Source: Acinetobacter phage Arbor. From it: DNA of 45,041 bases. The notes beneath the pieces were generated by a model that ran no database searches, was not told the DNA's origin, and was given only the letters and a program-made list of their open reading frames with translations. The stretch is taken from sequence record ON237674.1; one strand, 5' to 3'. Shown here in pieces: positions 1 through 8,826 of the stretch (positions are counted from its first letter, which is position 1; each line of letters begins with the position of its first letter). The position numbers were made by a program, and so were the translations under genes.

Positions 1-24
1 TTCTTGCATTAATTATAAATATAA

Positions 25-39
25 TTTACTATTGAGAAT
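25..39 (+). promoter_or_regulatory. Copy 1 of conserved motif TTTACTATTGAGAAT(ATAAA), 19 nt upstream of the 58..318 start
   Basis: Exact 15-mer shared with 7220..7234, 36008..36022 and 41174..41188. Followed by a strong SD (AAGAGGAG). Confidence 0.5.
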
Positions 40-57
40 ATAAAGAGGAGAGATAAA

Positions 58-318
58 ATGGTTCTAGTTAAAGCTTTATGGTTAGCAATTGTTGATGTGG
101 CTAAGATGTTTAAGTGTTCACCGAAACTGTTTGCTGAGTTAGTTTTGTATGTAACTCATGTGGTTTTGGCTTTGGCTGGTGTTTTATCTTTAATCTTAAG
201 TGTGGTTTTGTTTCCGTTAATTGTGGTGCGTAAATACAAGGTATTGAAAAATGGATCACCAAAAAGAGTTAAGGGTAAATCTAAGGGTATTAAAGTACGC
301 GGTAACAGATTTGCTTAG
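58..318 (+). CDS. small membrane protein (2 predicted TM helices, basic C-terminal tail)
   Basis: Hydrophobic stretches LWLAIVDVA / VLALAGVLSLILSVVLFPLIVV. SD AAGAGGAG 7 nt upstream. Confidence 0.55.
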   Translation: MVLVKALWLAIVDVAKMFKCSPKLFAELVLYVTHVVLALAGVLSLILSVVLFPLIVVRKYKVLKNGSPKRVKGKSKGIKVRGNRFA

Positions 319-378
319 AGGGTCAGTGTTGATTGTATATCACGCTGGTATGGTTGTATTTAATTGGTTAAGGGATAA

Positions 379-729
379 GTGATGGATTTTATAGAAGCTA
401 TTAAAAAAGGTCTTGAAGCTTCAAAAAATTACGATAGAAATCTTGATCAGATCATTGAGGTGATTAACGAAGCAAACAAGGCTATATATGACAAAACTGG
501 GATTGTCGGTGCTTTTGTTGGTGTGACTGGTGATAAAGAATTCACTATGACACCAGCCTGTCGTTCATTGAACATCAATAGGCAGGACGGATTCCCATTA
601 ACACTTGATACAATAAGTGGTCATTATAAGGCTGTTGATAAGGATGATCTGTATGAAGTCATGCATAGCATATTATCCCATCCAAATTTTGGGTTTTATG
701 TTCGCAGGCTTATGGAGAATAACAAATGA
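379..729 (+). CDS. hypothetical protein
   Basis: 116-aa ORF with SD-like GGGATAAG. A decayed partial copy lies at about 6880-6990. Confidence 0.5.
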   Translation: MMDFIEAIKKGLEASKNYDRNLDQIIEVINEANKAIYDKTGIVGAFVGVTGDKEFTMTPACRSLNINRQDGFPLTLDTISGHYKAVDKDDLYEVMHSILSHPNFGFYVRRLMENNK

Positions 730-848
730 TCTATAAATTTCTAAAGCGTCTATTCTGCCGACATGAATGGGAATATGAAGAAAGTAATTTAACTGGCGAG
801 ACTTATAAAGTTTGCCGTAAATGCTGGAAGGAGGTGGATTGTGAGTGA
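726..848 (+). CDS. 40-aa Cys4 zinc-ribbon-like peptide
   Basis: ATGA overlap with the upstream stop. Motif CRHEW...CRKCW. Confidence 0.3.
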   Translation: MIYKFLKRLFCRHEWEYEESNLTGETYKVCRKCWKEVDCE

Positions 849-1026
849 ATTAATTAAGGTTTTGGATGGTGGTGATTTCCGTGATCGTTGGAATGAGCTT
901 TGTATCAAGCTAGAAGATTATGAAAACATCAATTGTGATAATTACGAACAAGAGCTCCATGATTTATTTGAATACCACAGCTTTAAATTTGATGAATCAA
1001 AGCACGAATATTGGGAAATCGAATAA
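841..1026 (+). CDS. hypothetical protein (GTG start)
   Basis: SD AGGAGGTGG immediately upstream of GTG. Confidence 0.4.
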   Translation: MSELIKVLDGGDFRDRWNELCIKLEDYENINCDNYEQELHDLFEYHSFKFDESKHEYWEIE

Positions 1027-1062
1027 TGAGTGAAGTTAAAGCGGAAAGTAAGGAGGGGTGAA

Positions 1063-1263
1063 ATGACAAAAACATCCATAGATCAAGAAATTGACGAAGC
1101 TATAGCCAAAGGTGGAAGCTTTTATAAAATTAGAAGACGTTTTGAAAAAGCTATTTTGGAAAGGGCTTTGATTAAAACAAGAGGCAATCAAACTGAGGCG
1201 GCTAAAATGCTTGGGATTAGTCGCTCGGGGTTGGGTGGTATTTTGAAGAGGGTGGGCAGATGA
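1063..1263 (+). CDS. Fis-family-like HTH DNA-binding protein
   Basis: C-terminal NQTEAAKMLGISRSGL resembles the Fis/NtrC HTH_8 motif. SD AAGGAGGGG before ATG 1063; the ORF-track start at 1030 is probably too early. Confidence 0.5.
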   Translation: MTKTSIDQEIDEAIAKGGSFYKIRRRFEKAILERALIKTRGNQTEAAKMLGISRSGLGGILKRVGR

Positions 1264-1391
1264 AATATAAAATAGGTGAAGCTAATGGAAAAAATTAACA
1301 AGTATCTAATGTATTATGCAGTAATAGTATCATGCACTGGCATCACGGCTATGGTTTTTGTTGTTTTGCAATACTTAGGAAGGGTGTGTAA

Positions 1392-1634
1392 ATGAAATTC
1401 AATTTGGATAGGACGGATTATATTTTATATCCAGAATCAATATACAAGATCGAGGTTAGACTTGCACTATTTGCTGGTGTGTATTGGGCTTGGTGTTTAG
1501 TTTGGTTTGGAATTGCTATTTTTAAAATTGCCATTCTGCATAATTATTCAAGTGGGTTGTGGACTGGTGTTATTAATTTGATGTGTTTATTTCTTGCGAC
1601 ACTGTGGATTGAGGATTTGATAAATGATCATTGA
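1392..1634 (+). CDS. small membrane protein
   Basis: Trp-rich hydrophobic helices (YWAWCLVWFGIAIFKIAIL). Confidence 0.45.
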   Translation: MKFNLDRTDYILYPESIYKIEVRLALFAGVYWAWCLVWFGIAIFKIAILHNYSSGLWTGVINLMCLFLATLWIEDLINDH

Positions 1635-1791
1635 AGAAATCAGGGCTAATGCTCCAGAGGGGGCGACACACTATAACCAAAACGGTGATTATTTTTGTGT
1701 GTTGCATTTTATCTTTCATATGTGGAATCCATGTTCACAGGAATGGTTTGCAACAAGATTATTAGAGCACGACATTCTTAAGCCGCTATGA
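1624..1791 (+). CDS. small protein, paralog family A (IEEIRxNAPEGATHY ... KPL)
   Basis: 55-aa ORF MIIEEIRANAPEGATHY...ILKPL. Shares N- and C-terminal motifs with 2131..2295, 9549..9734, 7448..7594 and 1802..1972. Confidence 0.5.
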   Translation: MIIEEIRANAPEGATHYNQNGDYFCVLHFIFHMWNPCSQEWFATRLLEHDILKPL

Positions 1792-1801
1792 GGATTGCAT
1801 T

Positions 1802-1972
1802 ATGGATATTGAAGAAATTAGGAAGAATAAGCCAACTAAGAAAGCCACGCACTATTGTGTAGATGCAGGAAAGACAATCTACTTAAAGAAGAATAAAAAC
1901 TATGGCTGGGATTATTGGGCGCATAGATGGGTTTATTGCTGTAATTGGTTCAAGGATATTAAACAGATTTAG
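1802..1972 (+). CDS. small protein, paralog family member (divergent)
   Basis: MDIEEIRKNKPTKKATHY... Overlaps the ORF-track 1902 ORF in another frame. Confidence 0.4.
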   Translation: MDIEEIRKNKPTKKATHYCVDAGKTIYLKKNKNYGWDYWAHRWVYCCNWFKDIKQI

Positions 1973-1985
1973 AGAGATTAAAAAG

Positions 1986-2138
1986 ATGACTAAGCAAGAT
2001 GCATATGAGTTGGTTGAATCATTTGGTGGTATTGAGGAGGTTGAGTGGTTAGTTAATAACAATCTTATGTATGTTTTAAATCCAAATCACGATCTAAATA
2101 TTGCTTTAAAAATACTAAAAGGTGATGAAAATGACTAA
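1986..2138 (+). CDS. hypothetical protein
   Basis: In-frame Met (MTKQDAYELV) within the ORF-track 1902..2138 ORF. Avoids overlap with 1802..1972. Confidence 0.35.
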   Translation: MTKQDAYELVESFGGIEEVEWLVNNNLMYVLNPNHDLNIALKILKGDEND

Positions 2139-2295
2139 GCAAGAAGTTGTAGATAATGCTCCAGAGGGCGCAACGCATTATAGAGAGTTTACCGAACAGT
2201 ATTTAATGAATACTCAAGGTAAGTGGTATATATTTAGAGAGGGTTATTGGGAATTAACCAAAAGACCATTTACGCATGAACTCAAACCGCTTTAA
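2131..2295 (+). CDS. small protein, paralog family C
   Basis: MTKQEVVDNAPEGATHY...HELKPL. Followed by a terminator. Confidence 0.5.
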   Translation: MTKQEVVDNAPEGATHYREFTEQYLMNTQGKWYIFREGYWELTKRPFTHELKPL

Positions 2296-2312
2296 CGCGG
2301 TTTTTCTTTTTG
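2284..2312 (+). terminator. rho-independent terminator
   Basis: AAACCGC-TTTAA-CGCGGTTT hairpin followed by a T-run. Confidence 0.6.
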
Positions 2313-2360
2313 TGGTATTATTTTGGGAGGCTAACTTATTTATTTTAGGGCTTTTTAAAT

Positions 2361-2792
2361 ATGGCTGATTTAAATTTAACGCCCAAGCAAGAAAATTTTT
2401 GTCAACTTTATATCGAGCTTGGGAATGCTAGTGAGGCGTACAGACAGTCTTATGATGCAGATTCCATGAATGAAAATACAGTTCATAGGAATGCTAGCGC
2501 CTTGCTTGATAACAACAAGATTACAACAAGGCTTGAGCAGATCCGCAAAGAGCATAAGAAGCGCCATAATATCACTGTAGATACCTTATTGCTTGAGCTT
2601 GAGGAAGCTAGGCAAGCCGCTTTGACTGGTGAGCGAATTCAGTCTGCTGCTGCTGTTGCGGCTACTATGGGAAAAGCTAAATTGCTTGGATTAGATAAGC
2701 AGATTATTGATGTAACCACAAATGGCGAAAGTTTGAATTCAAAACCTACCGTAATCGAATTAGTTGCTCATAATGTCGAAAGTTCAGATTAA
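2361..2792 (+). CDS. terS: terminase small subunit (Terminase_2/P27-like)
   Basis: N-terminal LTPKQENFCQLYIELGNASEAYRQSY matches the terminase small-subunit family. Immediately upstream of the large subunit. Confidence 0.75.
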   Translation: MADLNLTPKQENFCQLYIELGNASEAYRQSYDADSMNENTVHRNASALLDNNKITTRLEQIRKEHKKRHNITVDTLLLELEEARQAALTGERIQSAAAVAATMGKAKLLGLDKQIIDVTTNGESLNSKPTVIELVAHNVESSD

Positions 2793-4074
2793 GCTGCCAC
2801 CTAAACTTGTACCTGTCTTTTCTGCTCAGGATGTGCGATACCGTCAAAGTTGGGGAGGAAGGGGCTCAGGTAAGACGCGCTCGTTTGCAAAGATGACAGC
2901 CGTTAAAGGCTATATGTTTGCCGAAATGGGTGTAAGTGGAACTTTGCTTTGTGGTCGTGAGTTTATGAATACGCTTGCCGATTCTTCTATGGAGGAGATT
3001 AAGCAAGCTATTCGCGAAGAGCCATTTCTAAATAATTATTATGAGATGGGCGAAAACTACATAAGAACCAAGAATAGGCGTGTGACTTACTCATTTTGTG
3101 GTTTGCGTCATAACTTGGATAGCATCAAATCTAAAGCACGTATTTTGCTTAGTTGGGTGGATGAGGCTGAAACGGTTAGTGAAATGGCTTGGCGTAAGTT
3201 ATTGCCAACTGTGCGTGAAGAAATTGTACTGCCCAACGGCAAGATTGTTTATTCTGAGGTATGGGTAACATGGAACCCTGAAAGACGAGATAGCCCAACG
3301 TCAACGCGGTTTAGACATGAAGAAATACTAGATGACGAAGGTGTTCTAATCGGCATTGGTGCTGAGATGAACTATTCTGATAATCCGTGGTTCCCTCATG
3401 TTCTCGACTTGGAGCGCAGACGAGATCAAGCCAATCTTGATGATGTAACTTATCGTTGGATATGGGAAGGCGCTTATCTTGAAATGTCGGAAGCGCAAAT
3501 CTTTAAAGGTAAATACGAAAAGAAAGATTTTACACCAGATCCTCAAAAATGGCATGGTCCCTATATTGGATTGGACTTTGGTTTTGCTCAGGATCCAACG
3601 GCATGTGTCAAAGTCTGGATTCATGATGATTGTTTGTGGATTGAACACGAAGGTGGCAAGGTTGGTCTTGAGCTAGACGATACTGTTGAGTTTTTAGAAA
3701 AGAAAATACCAGATATTAAAAAATATGCCGTTTATGCGGATAGCGCTCGTCCTGAATCTATTAGTCATTTAAAGAAGAAGGGTTTGCGTAGAATTGCGCC
3801 TGTTGAGAAGGGTAAAGGTTCTGTTGAGGATGGTATTGAGTTCATCAAATCTTTTAAGAAAGTCTATATTCATTCACGATGCAAAGAAACTCTAAAAGAG
3901 TTCCGTGATTACTCATACAAAAAAGATAGGCTGACAGATGAGGTATTACCTATTATCATTGACAAAGATAACCACTATGTCGATGCATTACGCTATGCGC
4001 TAGAGAAGGTTATGAAGCGTGGCATGGGTCTTAAAATCAATATGGCTGATATTGAATCGGCTTTCGGAAGGTAA
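2764..4074 (+). CDS. terL: terminase large subunit (PBSX/XtmB-like)
   Basis: Walker A GGRGSGKTRSFA, acidic nuclease motifs. 436 aa. Position between terS and portal. Confidence 0.85.
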   Translation: MLIMSKVQIKLPPKLVPVFSAQDVRYRQSWGGRGSGKTRSFAKMTAVKGYMFAEMGVSGTLLCGREFMNTLADSSMEEIKQAIREEPFLNNYYEMGENYIRTKNRRVTYSFCGLRHNLDSIKSKARILLSWVDEAETVSEMAWRKLLPTVREEIVLPNGKIVYSEVWVTWNPERRDSPTSTRFRHEEILDDEGVLIGIGAEMNYSDNPWFPHVLDLERRRDQANLDDVTYRWIWEGAYLEMSEAQIFKGKYEKKDFTPDPQKWHGPYIGLDFGFAQDPTACVKVWIHDDCLWIEHEGGKVGLELDDTVEFLEKKIPDIKKYAVYADSARPESISHLKKKGLRRIAPVEKGKGSVEDGIEFIKSFKKVYIHSRCKETLKEFRDYSYKKDRLTDEVLPIIIDKDNHYVDALRYALEKVMKRGMGLKINMADIESAFGR

Positions 4075-4076
4075 AT

Positions 4077-5504
4077 ATGTTTGATTGGTTCAGAAAGAAA
4101 GAAGAAGCGCCAAAGCGAAAGCCGAAATGGAACGCTTTGTTAAATGCTATGCAGGCGCATAATGATGGTGTGGCTATTCAGTATAAAGCGCCTTCTCTGC
4201 CTGATGGTGTTGCACCAGAAGGTCATAGTGTAATGGCAATGGATGGGTTTTGTACAGCTTCGCAATATGCGGGATTAGAGCCACAGTTTTATAGCAACTT
4301 CTTGGGCTATCAAGTATTAGCTCAATTGGCGCAGTCTACTGAATATCGCCTAGTTGCCGAAACATTTGCTCAGGAAATGACACGCGAATGGGGTGAGGTT
4401 AAGGGTGATGACCAGAAGCGTGTTGATATTCTTATGGAGGAGTTTAACAGGCTGGATATTCGCAATCTTATCCGTAAGCACATTGAAAACGATTACTACT
4501 ATGGTGGCTCTCAGTTATACATTCAGATCGAAGGTCAAGAGGATAAAACCGACCTACCTCTATTGATTAATGAGAAAGGCATTAAGAAAGGATCATTAAA
4601 AGGCTTTACAGTTATTGAGCCGCTTTGGTCGACTCCTAGCTTGTACAATGCAAATAATCCACTAGAAAGTGATTTCTTTGTTCCTAAGCAGTGGTGGGTT
4701 ATGGGTAAAAATGTACATCATAGCCGATTGCTTACATTAATTATGCGTCCTGTTGGGCAAATGCTTAAGCCAGCTTATAATTTTTATGGAATGTCAATGT
4801 CGCAATTGATGTTGCCTTATGTTCAGCGTCATCAATCTATTGTTGATGCAGTAGCTAAATTAATCACGATGTTTAGCTTGACTGGTATTAAGACCGATAT
4901 GTCGGCAATCTTAGCGGGTGATGAAGGTGGCGCAAATCAGTTAATGATGAGATTAAAAGCATTAGCGCTTGGTCGAGATAACCAAGGTGTTCTTGCTATT
5001 GATAAGGGTCAAGATGGTGAGGAAATCTTCCAGATTAATACGCCATTAACTGGTCTTGATACATTGCTAGATAAATTTACACAGATGCTTGCCTACCCTT
5101 CTAAGATTCCAGTATTAAAGATATTCGGAACTCCAACGGCGGGACTTGGCAATACTTCTGATGGTGAGATACGAGTATTTTACGATTGCGTATCAGCACA
5201 GCAAGAAGCATATATTTTGCCACAGATCAAAGTTATCCTTGACTGTATGCAATTAAGCTTGTTCGGAAATATTGATGAGAGCATTAAGTTTGTCTTTAAT
5301 CCGCTTTATCAATTGGATGACAATGAGCAAGCAGACGTAAACTTGAAGAAAGCGCAAACTGCTCAGATCTACATTCAAGAAGGCGTGATTGATAATGAAG
5401 AAGCACGCCAAGCATTGAATGATGATGAAGATAGTGGGTATCAATTAGAGGGTAATGCGCCTGAGCGTGATCCTTATGTAGACGAGGTAAACAACAATGA
5501 ATAA
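4077..5504 (+). CDS. portal protein
   Basis: 475 aa, directly after terL. Acidic C-terminus. Typical size and position. Confidence 0.7.
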   Translation: MFDWFRKKEEAPKRKPKWNALLNAMQAHNDGVAIQYKAPSLPDGVAPEGHSVMAMDGFCTASQYAGLEPQFYSNFLGYQVLAQLAQSTEYRLVAETFAQEMTREWGEVKGDDQKRVDILMEEFNRLDIRNLIRKHIENDYYYGGSQLYIQIEGQEDKTDLPLLINEKGIKKGSLKGFTVIEPLWSTPSLYNANNPLESDFFVPKQWWVMGKNVHHSRLLTLIMRPVGQMLKPAYNFYGMSMSQLMLPYVQRHQSIVDAVAKLITMFSLTGIKTDMSAILAGDEGGANQLMMRLKALALGRDNQGVLAIDKGQDGEEIFQINTPLTGLDTLLDKFTQMLAYPSKIPVLKIFGTPTAGLGNTSDGEIRVFYDCVSAQQEAYILPQIKVILDCMQLSLFGNIDESIKFVFNPLYQLDDNEQADVNLKKAQTAQIYIQEGVIDNEEARQALNDDEDSGYQLEGNAPERDPYVDEVNNNE

Positions 5505-5820
5505 AATCCAAAGTCAAGCTCCAAAAGGCGCAGATGAATACTTTATTGATTATGATAGTTCTGTTTGGTATCTCAGGGAGGGAAGAACTTATATTTACTC
5601 ACCATATATCGGATGGGAAGAGTTTGACAATGAATATCAAAAGAATGTGACTATTCATCCAGTTTTCAAGGAATTAAATGCAAGTGAATTTGTTGCCTAT
5701 TATGGAGTTGATAAAGCCAAAGAATTGAGGGGAAATACATCTAATGCATTGTTATGCATGAGCCACTACAATCTCCATGTAAATGATATTGATGAAGCAA
5801 TTAAGGCGGCATTAAGTTAA
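5497..5820 (+). CDS. hypothetical protein, distant member of the NAPEGATHY small-protein family
   Basis: N-terminal QAPKGADEYFIDYD resembles the NAPEGATHY family. Confidence 0.4.
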   Translation: MNKIQSQAPKGADEYFIDYDSSVWYLREGRTYIYSPYIGWEEFDNEYQKNVTIHPVFKELNASEFVAYYGVDKAKELRGNTSNALLCMSHYNLHVNDIDEAIKAALS

Positions 5821-5822
5821 AT

Positions 5823-6593
5823 ATGGAAATAACCCTTGAATCAATAGCGCCCAATGCATCCCTGACCAAATGGTACAGGGAGCAAATGCAAGGAATGATG
5901 GATGAAATGCGTTCTGATTTAATTCAGGACGTAGTTAAGCCCATGCGGTCTGAAATTGCTATGGATGGCATTTTAGACTGGATGGGGCATGTTATTGATG
6001 GGTTAGTGAGTCGGTGGCAAGATCGCTTAGATAAGCTATCTACTCAAGTGGCGCAAGAGGTAGTAGGCAAGGCTAAAACCAACTACGATAAGCGATTGTT
6101 GGGCATTCTTCGCAAGCGTGGCTTTACTGTAAACTTCCGACCAACGAAATATATGGAAGATCAAGCGCAAATTGCTTTAGGTGAAAACGTTGCTCTAATC
6201 AAGTCTATTGGTAATGAGTATTTAGATAAAGTTCGCTCTGCGGTTTGGCGTAGTGTTAAGAACGGCTATGATGTTGAATCACTAATCAAGCAACTCAAAG
6301 AGATTGACGGCGTAACAGATCGCAGGGCAAAGAATATTGCAAAGGATCAGACTGCTAAGTTGAATCAGGCTTTTGAGAATGCTAGGGCTGAGGAATTGGG
6401 CATAACGGAAGCTTACTGGCTTCACAGTCATGCAGGAAAGACTTTTCGTCAAAGCCACGTAAAGGCAAATGGAACTAGATTTAACATCAAGGAAGGCTTA
6501 TTTCTTGATGGCAAGTGGACAAACACTGGCATCGAAATCAATTGTCGCTGTAGGAAAAAGCTAATTATCGAAATTCCAGAAAGTATGGCATAA
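5823..6593 (+). CDS. head morphogenesis protein (Mu F / SPP1 gp7-like)
   Basis: 256 aa immediately after the portal. Position and size as for Mu gpF-type proteins. Confidence 0.5.
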   Translation: MEITLESIAPNASLTKWYREQMQGMMDEMRSDLIQDVVKPMRSEIAMDGILDWMGHVIDGLVSRWQDRLDKLSTQVAQEVVGKAKTNYDKRLLGILRKRGFTVNFRPTKYMEDQAQIALGENVALIKSIGNEYLDKVRSAVWRSVKNGYDVESLIKQLKEIDGVTDRRAKNIAKDQTAKLNQAFENARAEELGITEAYWLHSHAGKTFRQSHVKANGTRFNIKEGLFLDGKWTNTGIEINCRCRKKLIIEIPESMA

Positions 6594-6879
6594 TACAGTT
6601 AATTGGATGTGATAAGCATAAGTGAAAGCGCACATCGACACGGCAATCCGTTTCACTAACTGTAAATTTGTAAAACCAATAACCCATATCAAAACAACTG
6701 ATTTGTATTTTTAGATTGTTTTGGTATTATTTAAATCATGGAGTATGACTACAATATCATGTAGCATTGGTAAAAATTACTGCGCGCCTTGGTTGGTTTG
6801 TAATTTTTGCGGATGTGTGAAGTCGCTTCTGTAATTGATCGAATCTGTGGGCGACACAGTGAATATCATTAGACTAGGA

Positions 6880-6990
6880 GTACCTTCAAAGGGACATAGC
6901 AAAGCAACTATTCGCACGTTGCCGATCAATAGGCAAGACAGATGGCTAAAATGTTCTGTTGTTTTCGGTATTGGCACGAGAAACCGATGA
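6880..6990 (+). pseudogene. decayed remnant related to ORF 379..729
   Basis: 19-mer ATCAATAGGCAaGACaGAT (6929..6947) matches ATCAATAGGCAgGACgGAT at 573..591 (17/19 identical). Translated remnant ...TIRTLPINRQDRW... vs ...ACRSLNINRQDGF... Interrupted by stops. Confidence 0.3.
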
Positions 6991-7219
6991 CCGCCTGAAA
7001 GTAGGCAACTTAGAGAAGTGAATAGCTTAGGTGCTAGAATATTGCAGTTCACATTATAAGATTGAATTAATTACTCAATTGGTTTTTGTGGCGGTGGGAT
7101 TGATCAACCATTGTAAAATACTGTTTTATTGGCGAGTTCGACTCTCCCATGTTCACTTCATCTAAGTTTATTTAGAACCATCCTAACGGGTGGTTTTATT
7201 TTGTCTAAACTATTTTAGA

Positions 7220-7234
7220 TTTACTATTGAGAAT
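7220..7234 (+). promoter_or_regulatory. Copy 2 of motif TTTACTATTGAGAAT
   Basis: Exact 15-mer. Downstream AATAGT forms an inverted repeat with ACTATT. Precedes the 7283 cassette. Confidence 0.5.
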
Positions 7235-7282
7235 TATATTTAATAGTGGTAAGATTTAGTTATTCAGCAGAAGGGGTTTGAA

Positions 7283-7447
7283 ATGATTAAAGCAGAAGTG
7301 GTTTTTGATGGTGAATCTATTTTTGTTAATGGAAGAACAATAAAAATAGATCACTTAGATTGGCTGTATCATGTGTATGAGTTAGAAAATCATGTTGATA
7401 TGTTTCATTCATTAGAACAAGCAATAGAATATTGCATGGAGAATTAA
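7283..7447 (+). CDS. hypothetical small protein (54 aa)
   Basis: SD AAGGGG then ATG. First gene of the moron cassette. Confidence 0.45.
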   Translation: MIKAEVVFDGESIFVNGRTIKIDHLDWLYHVYELENHVDMFHSLEQAIEYCMEN

Positions 7448-7594
7448 ATGAGCAAGGCAAAATTAGAATGGCTTAAAGCGAACATGCCAGAGGGATGTTA
7501 TCATTATGAAGAAAGCAAAGTTTATGTGACTTTTATCTTTCCTGATGAACCACATAAAAACCTAAAGGTAAAAAAACCAGAATGGATGATTTAA
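7448..7594 (+). CDS. small protein, paralog family D (KANMPEGCYHY)
   Basis: MSKAKLEWLKANMPEGCYHYEE... ATG directly after the upstream TAA. Confidence 0.4.
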   Translation: MSKAKLEWLKANMPEGCYHYEESKVYVTFIFPDEPHKNLKVKKPEWMI

Positions 7595-7675
7595 TATGAT
7601 TAAATGTCAATTTTGTGGAAGAGATATTAAAAATCATGCAATTTACTGCCCTTTGATGTATTGGAGTATTTTTAA

Positions 7676-8029
7676 ATGAAACCAGAGCAGTTTATTCGTG
7701 AGCAAGGATTGGATAAGGCGCGAGAGGTTGTTGAAGGCATCCCAAGCAAATATATGGAGTGTTACTACTCAACATTATGCTACTGCACCAAAGCAAAAAA
7801 GTATTCAGATCGTTTTAATCCAAGAATTGAACTTGTGAACATGGCGGATCTCAAACGCTTGGTGGAGTCGATTGATCTGATCAAGTGGCATGGTGGTACT
7901 AAGTTTGCCAAAGACTACCTAGCGCGGAATAAAGCAAAGCATCCAAATGTAAGCGGCTGGGATGAATTGGAGCAGGCAATCAAAGACCACGAATCAATAT
8001 ACGGAGGCGGTGAATCTCATGCCAACTAG
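7676..8029 (+). CDS. hypothetical protein
   Basis: 117-aa ORF with consistent coding bias. Confidence 0.5.
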   Translation: MKPEQFIREQGLDKAREVVEGIPSKYMECYYSTLCYCTKAKKYSDRFNPRIELVNMADLKRLVESIDLIKWHGGTKFAKDYLARNKAKHPNVSGWDELEQAIKDHESIYGGGESHAN

Positions 8030-8441
8030 ATATAACACAGGCGAGTATAGCTACAATCTTGAATATCACTATGGAGATATGTCAGCAAGCATGGAGATGC
8101 TTAGAGCACGTTTAATTGAATTGTTGACTCCTCATCTGTCTGGCCGTTATGTGAAATGGAGAGAAGCATATTTCACATGGTTTACAAAGTGCGGCGGGGA
8201 TTCGGGGTGGATGTTTTGTGTAGGTCCACACGAATTTCATATTGATGGGGCGTTAAGGCGCTATTACTCAGGTTCTATTGATATTACCTACAACCAGAAA
8301 GATCGATATTTCTTGGTGGGTGAGAAAAAGAAAGTCAAATGTAAGGCTTGTAAGGGGTTTGGCTTCATTCGAGATGATGGGTGGGGGCATATAGATAAAT
8401 GTGAAATGTGTGATGCAGAAAAAGGAGCCAGCCATGAGTGA
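8019..8441 (+). CDS. protein with DnaJ-type zinc-finger motif (CxxCxGxG)
   Basis: C-terminal KCKACKGFGF...DKCEMCD. Start chosen at MPTRY (8019), which overlaps the upstream stop. Confidence 0.45.
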   Translation: MPTRYNTGEYSYNLEYHYGDMSASMEMLRARLIELLTPHLSGRYVKWREAYFTWFTKCGGDSGWMFCVGPHEFHIDGALRRYYSGSIDITYNQKDRYFLVGEKKKVKCKACKGFGFIRDDGWGHIDKCEMCDAEKGASHE

Positions 8442-8826
8442 GTTTAAAGAGTTTGAACTAAAGTTTGATGAATGGTGGGAAGAAAACTATATGAATGTTT
8501 CAGCGGACAGGACTGAAGCATTTGATATTTATTCATTGGGATTAAAGCACCAGCAAGCGAAAGTGGAGGAGCTTAAAGCATCTCATCACGGTGAAGTGAT
8601 TGGTCATGAAGTTTACTTTAAAAAGATCAAGCAAGAGCGTGACGAGCTGCAAACATTATACACTCAGCAAGGCATAAATATGTTGAAGATGCAAAAGAGG
8701 GTGGATTTAGCTTTAGAAATAACAAAAGAGCTTAGATCATTAAATAACGAATCATTAGAAACTTATAGTGAATCTATTGAAGAAACGATTTGTGATATAG
8801 GGCAAGCGCTCAAGGGGGAAGGATGA
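8434..8826 (+). CDS. hypothetical coiled-coil protein
   Basis: SD AAAGGAG before ATG 8434. The ORF-track start at 8401 overlaps the upstream gene. Confidence 0.45.
   Translation: MSEFKEFELKFDEWWEENYMNVSADRTEAFDIYSLGLKHQQAKVEELKASHHGEVIGHEVYFKKIKQERDELQTLYTQQGINMLKMQKRVDLALEITKELRSLNNESLETYSESIEETICDIGQALKGEG

Noticed and set aside
1030-1263. ORF-track starts at 1030, 8401, 14448, 15143, 22586, 36036, 36253, 36533, 38274, 41522, 43129 and 43709
   Set aside because: These upstream starts are TTG/GTG or lack an SD. Downstream in-frame ATGs with clear SD sequences were preferred. The coordinates given in features reflect this.
3346-3676. ORFs 3346..3648(-) and 3479..3676(+) inside the large terminase gene
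   Set aside because: Embedded in the terminase coding frame, with no independent signals. Spurious.
5253-5517. Minus-strand ORFs inside the portal 3' end
   Set aside because: Antisense to a confident CDS, with no RBS.
6777-7052. 91-aa minus-strand ORF in the spacer
   Set aside because: No RBS and atypical composition. The region is better explained as a decayed remnant with a tRNA-like fragment. Low confidence either way.
7100-7160. Possible tRNA gene (GGCGAGTTCGACTCTCCC T-arm-like)
   Set aside because: No complementary acceptor 5' strand, D-arm or anticodon arm could be assembled, and there is no CCA. Treated as a fragment only.
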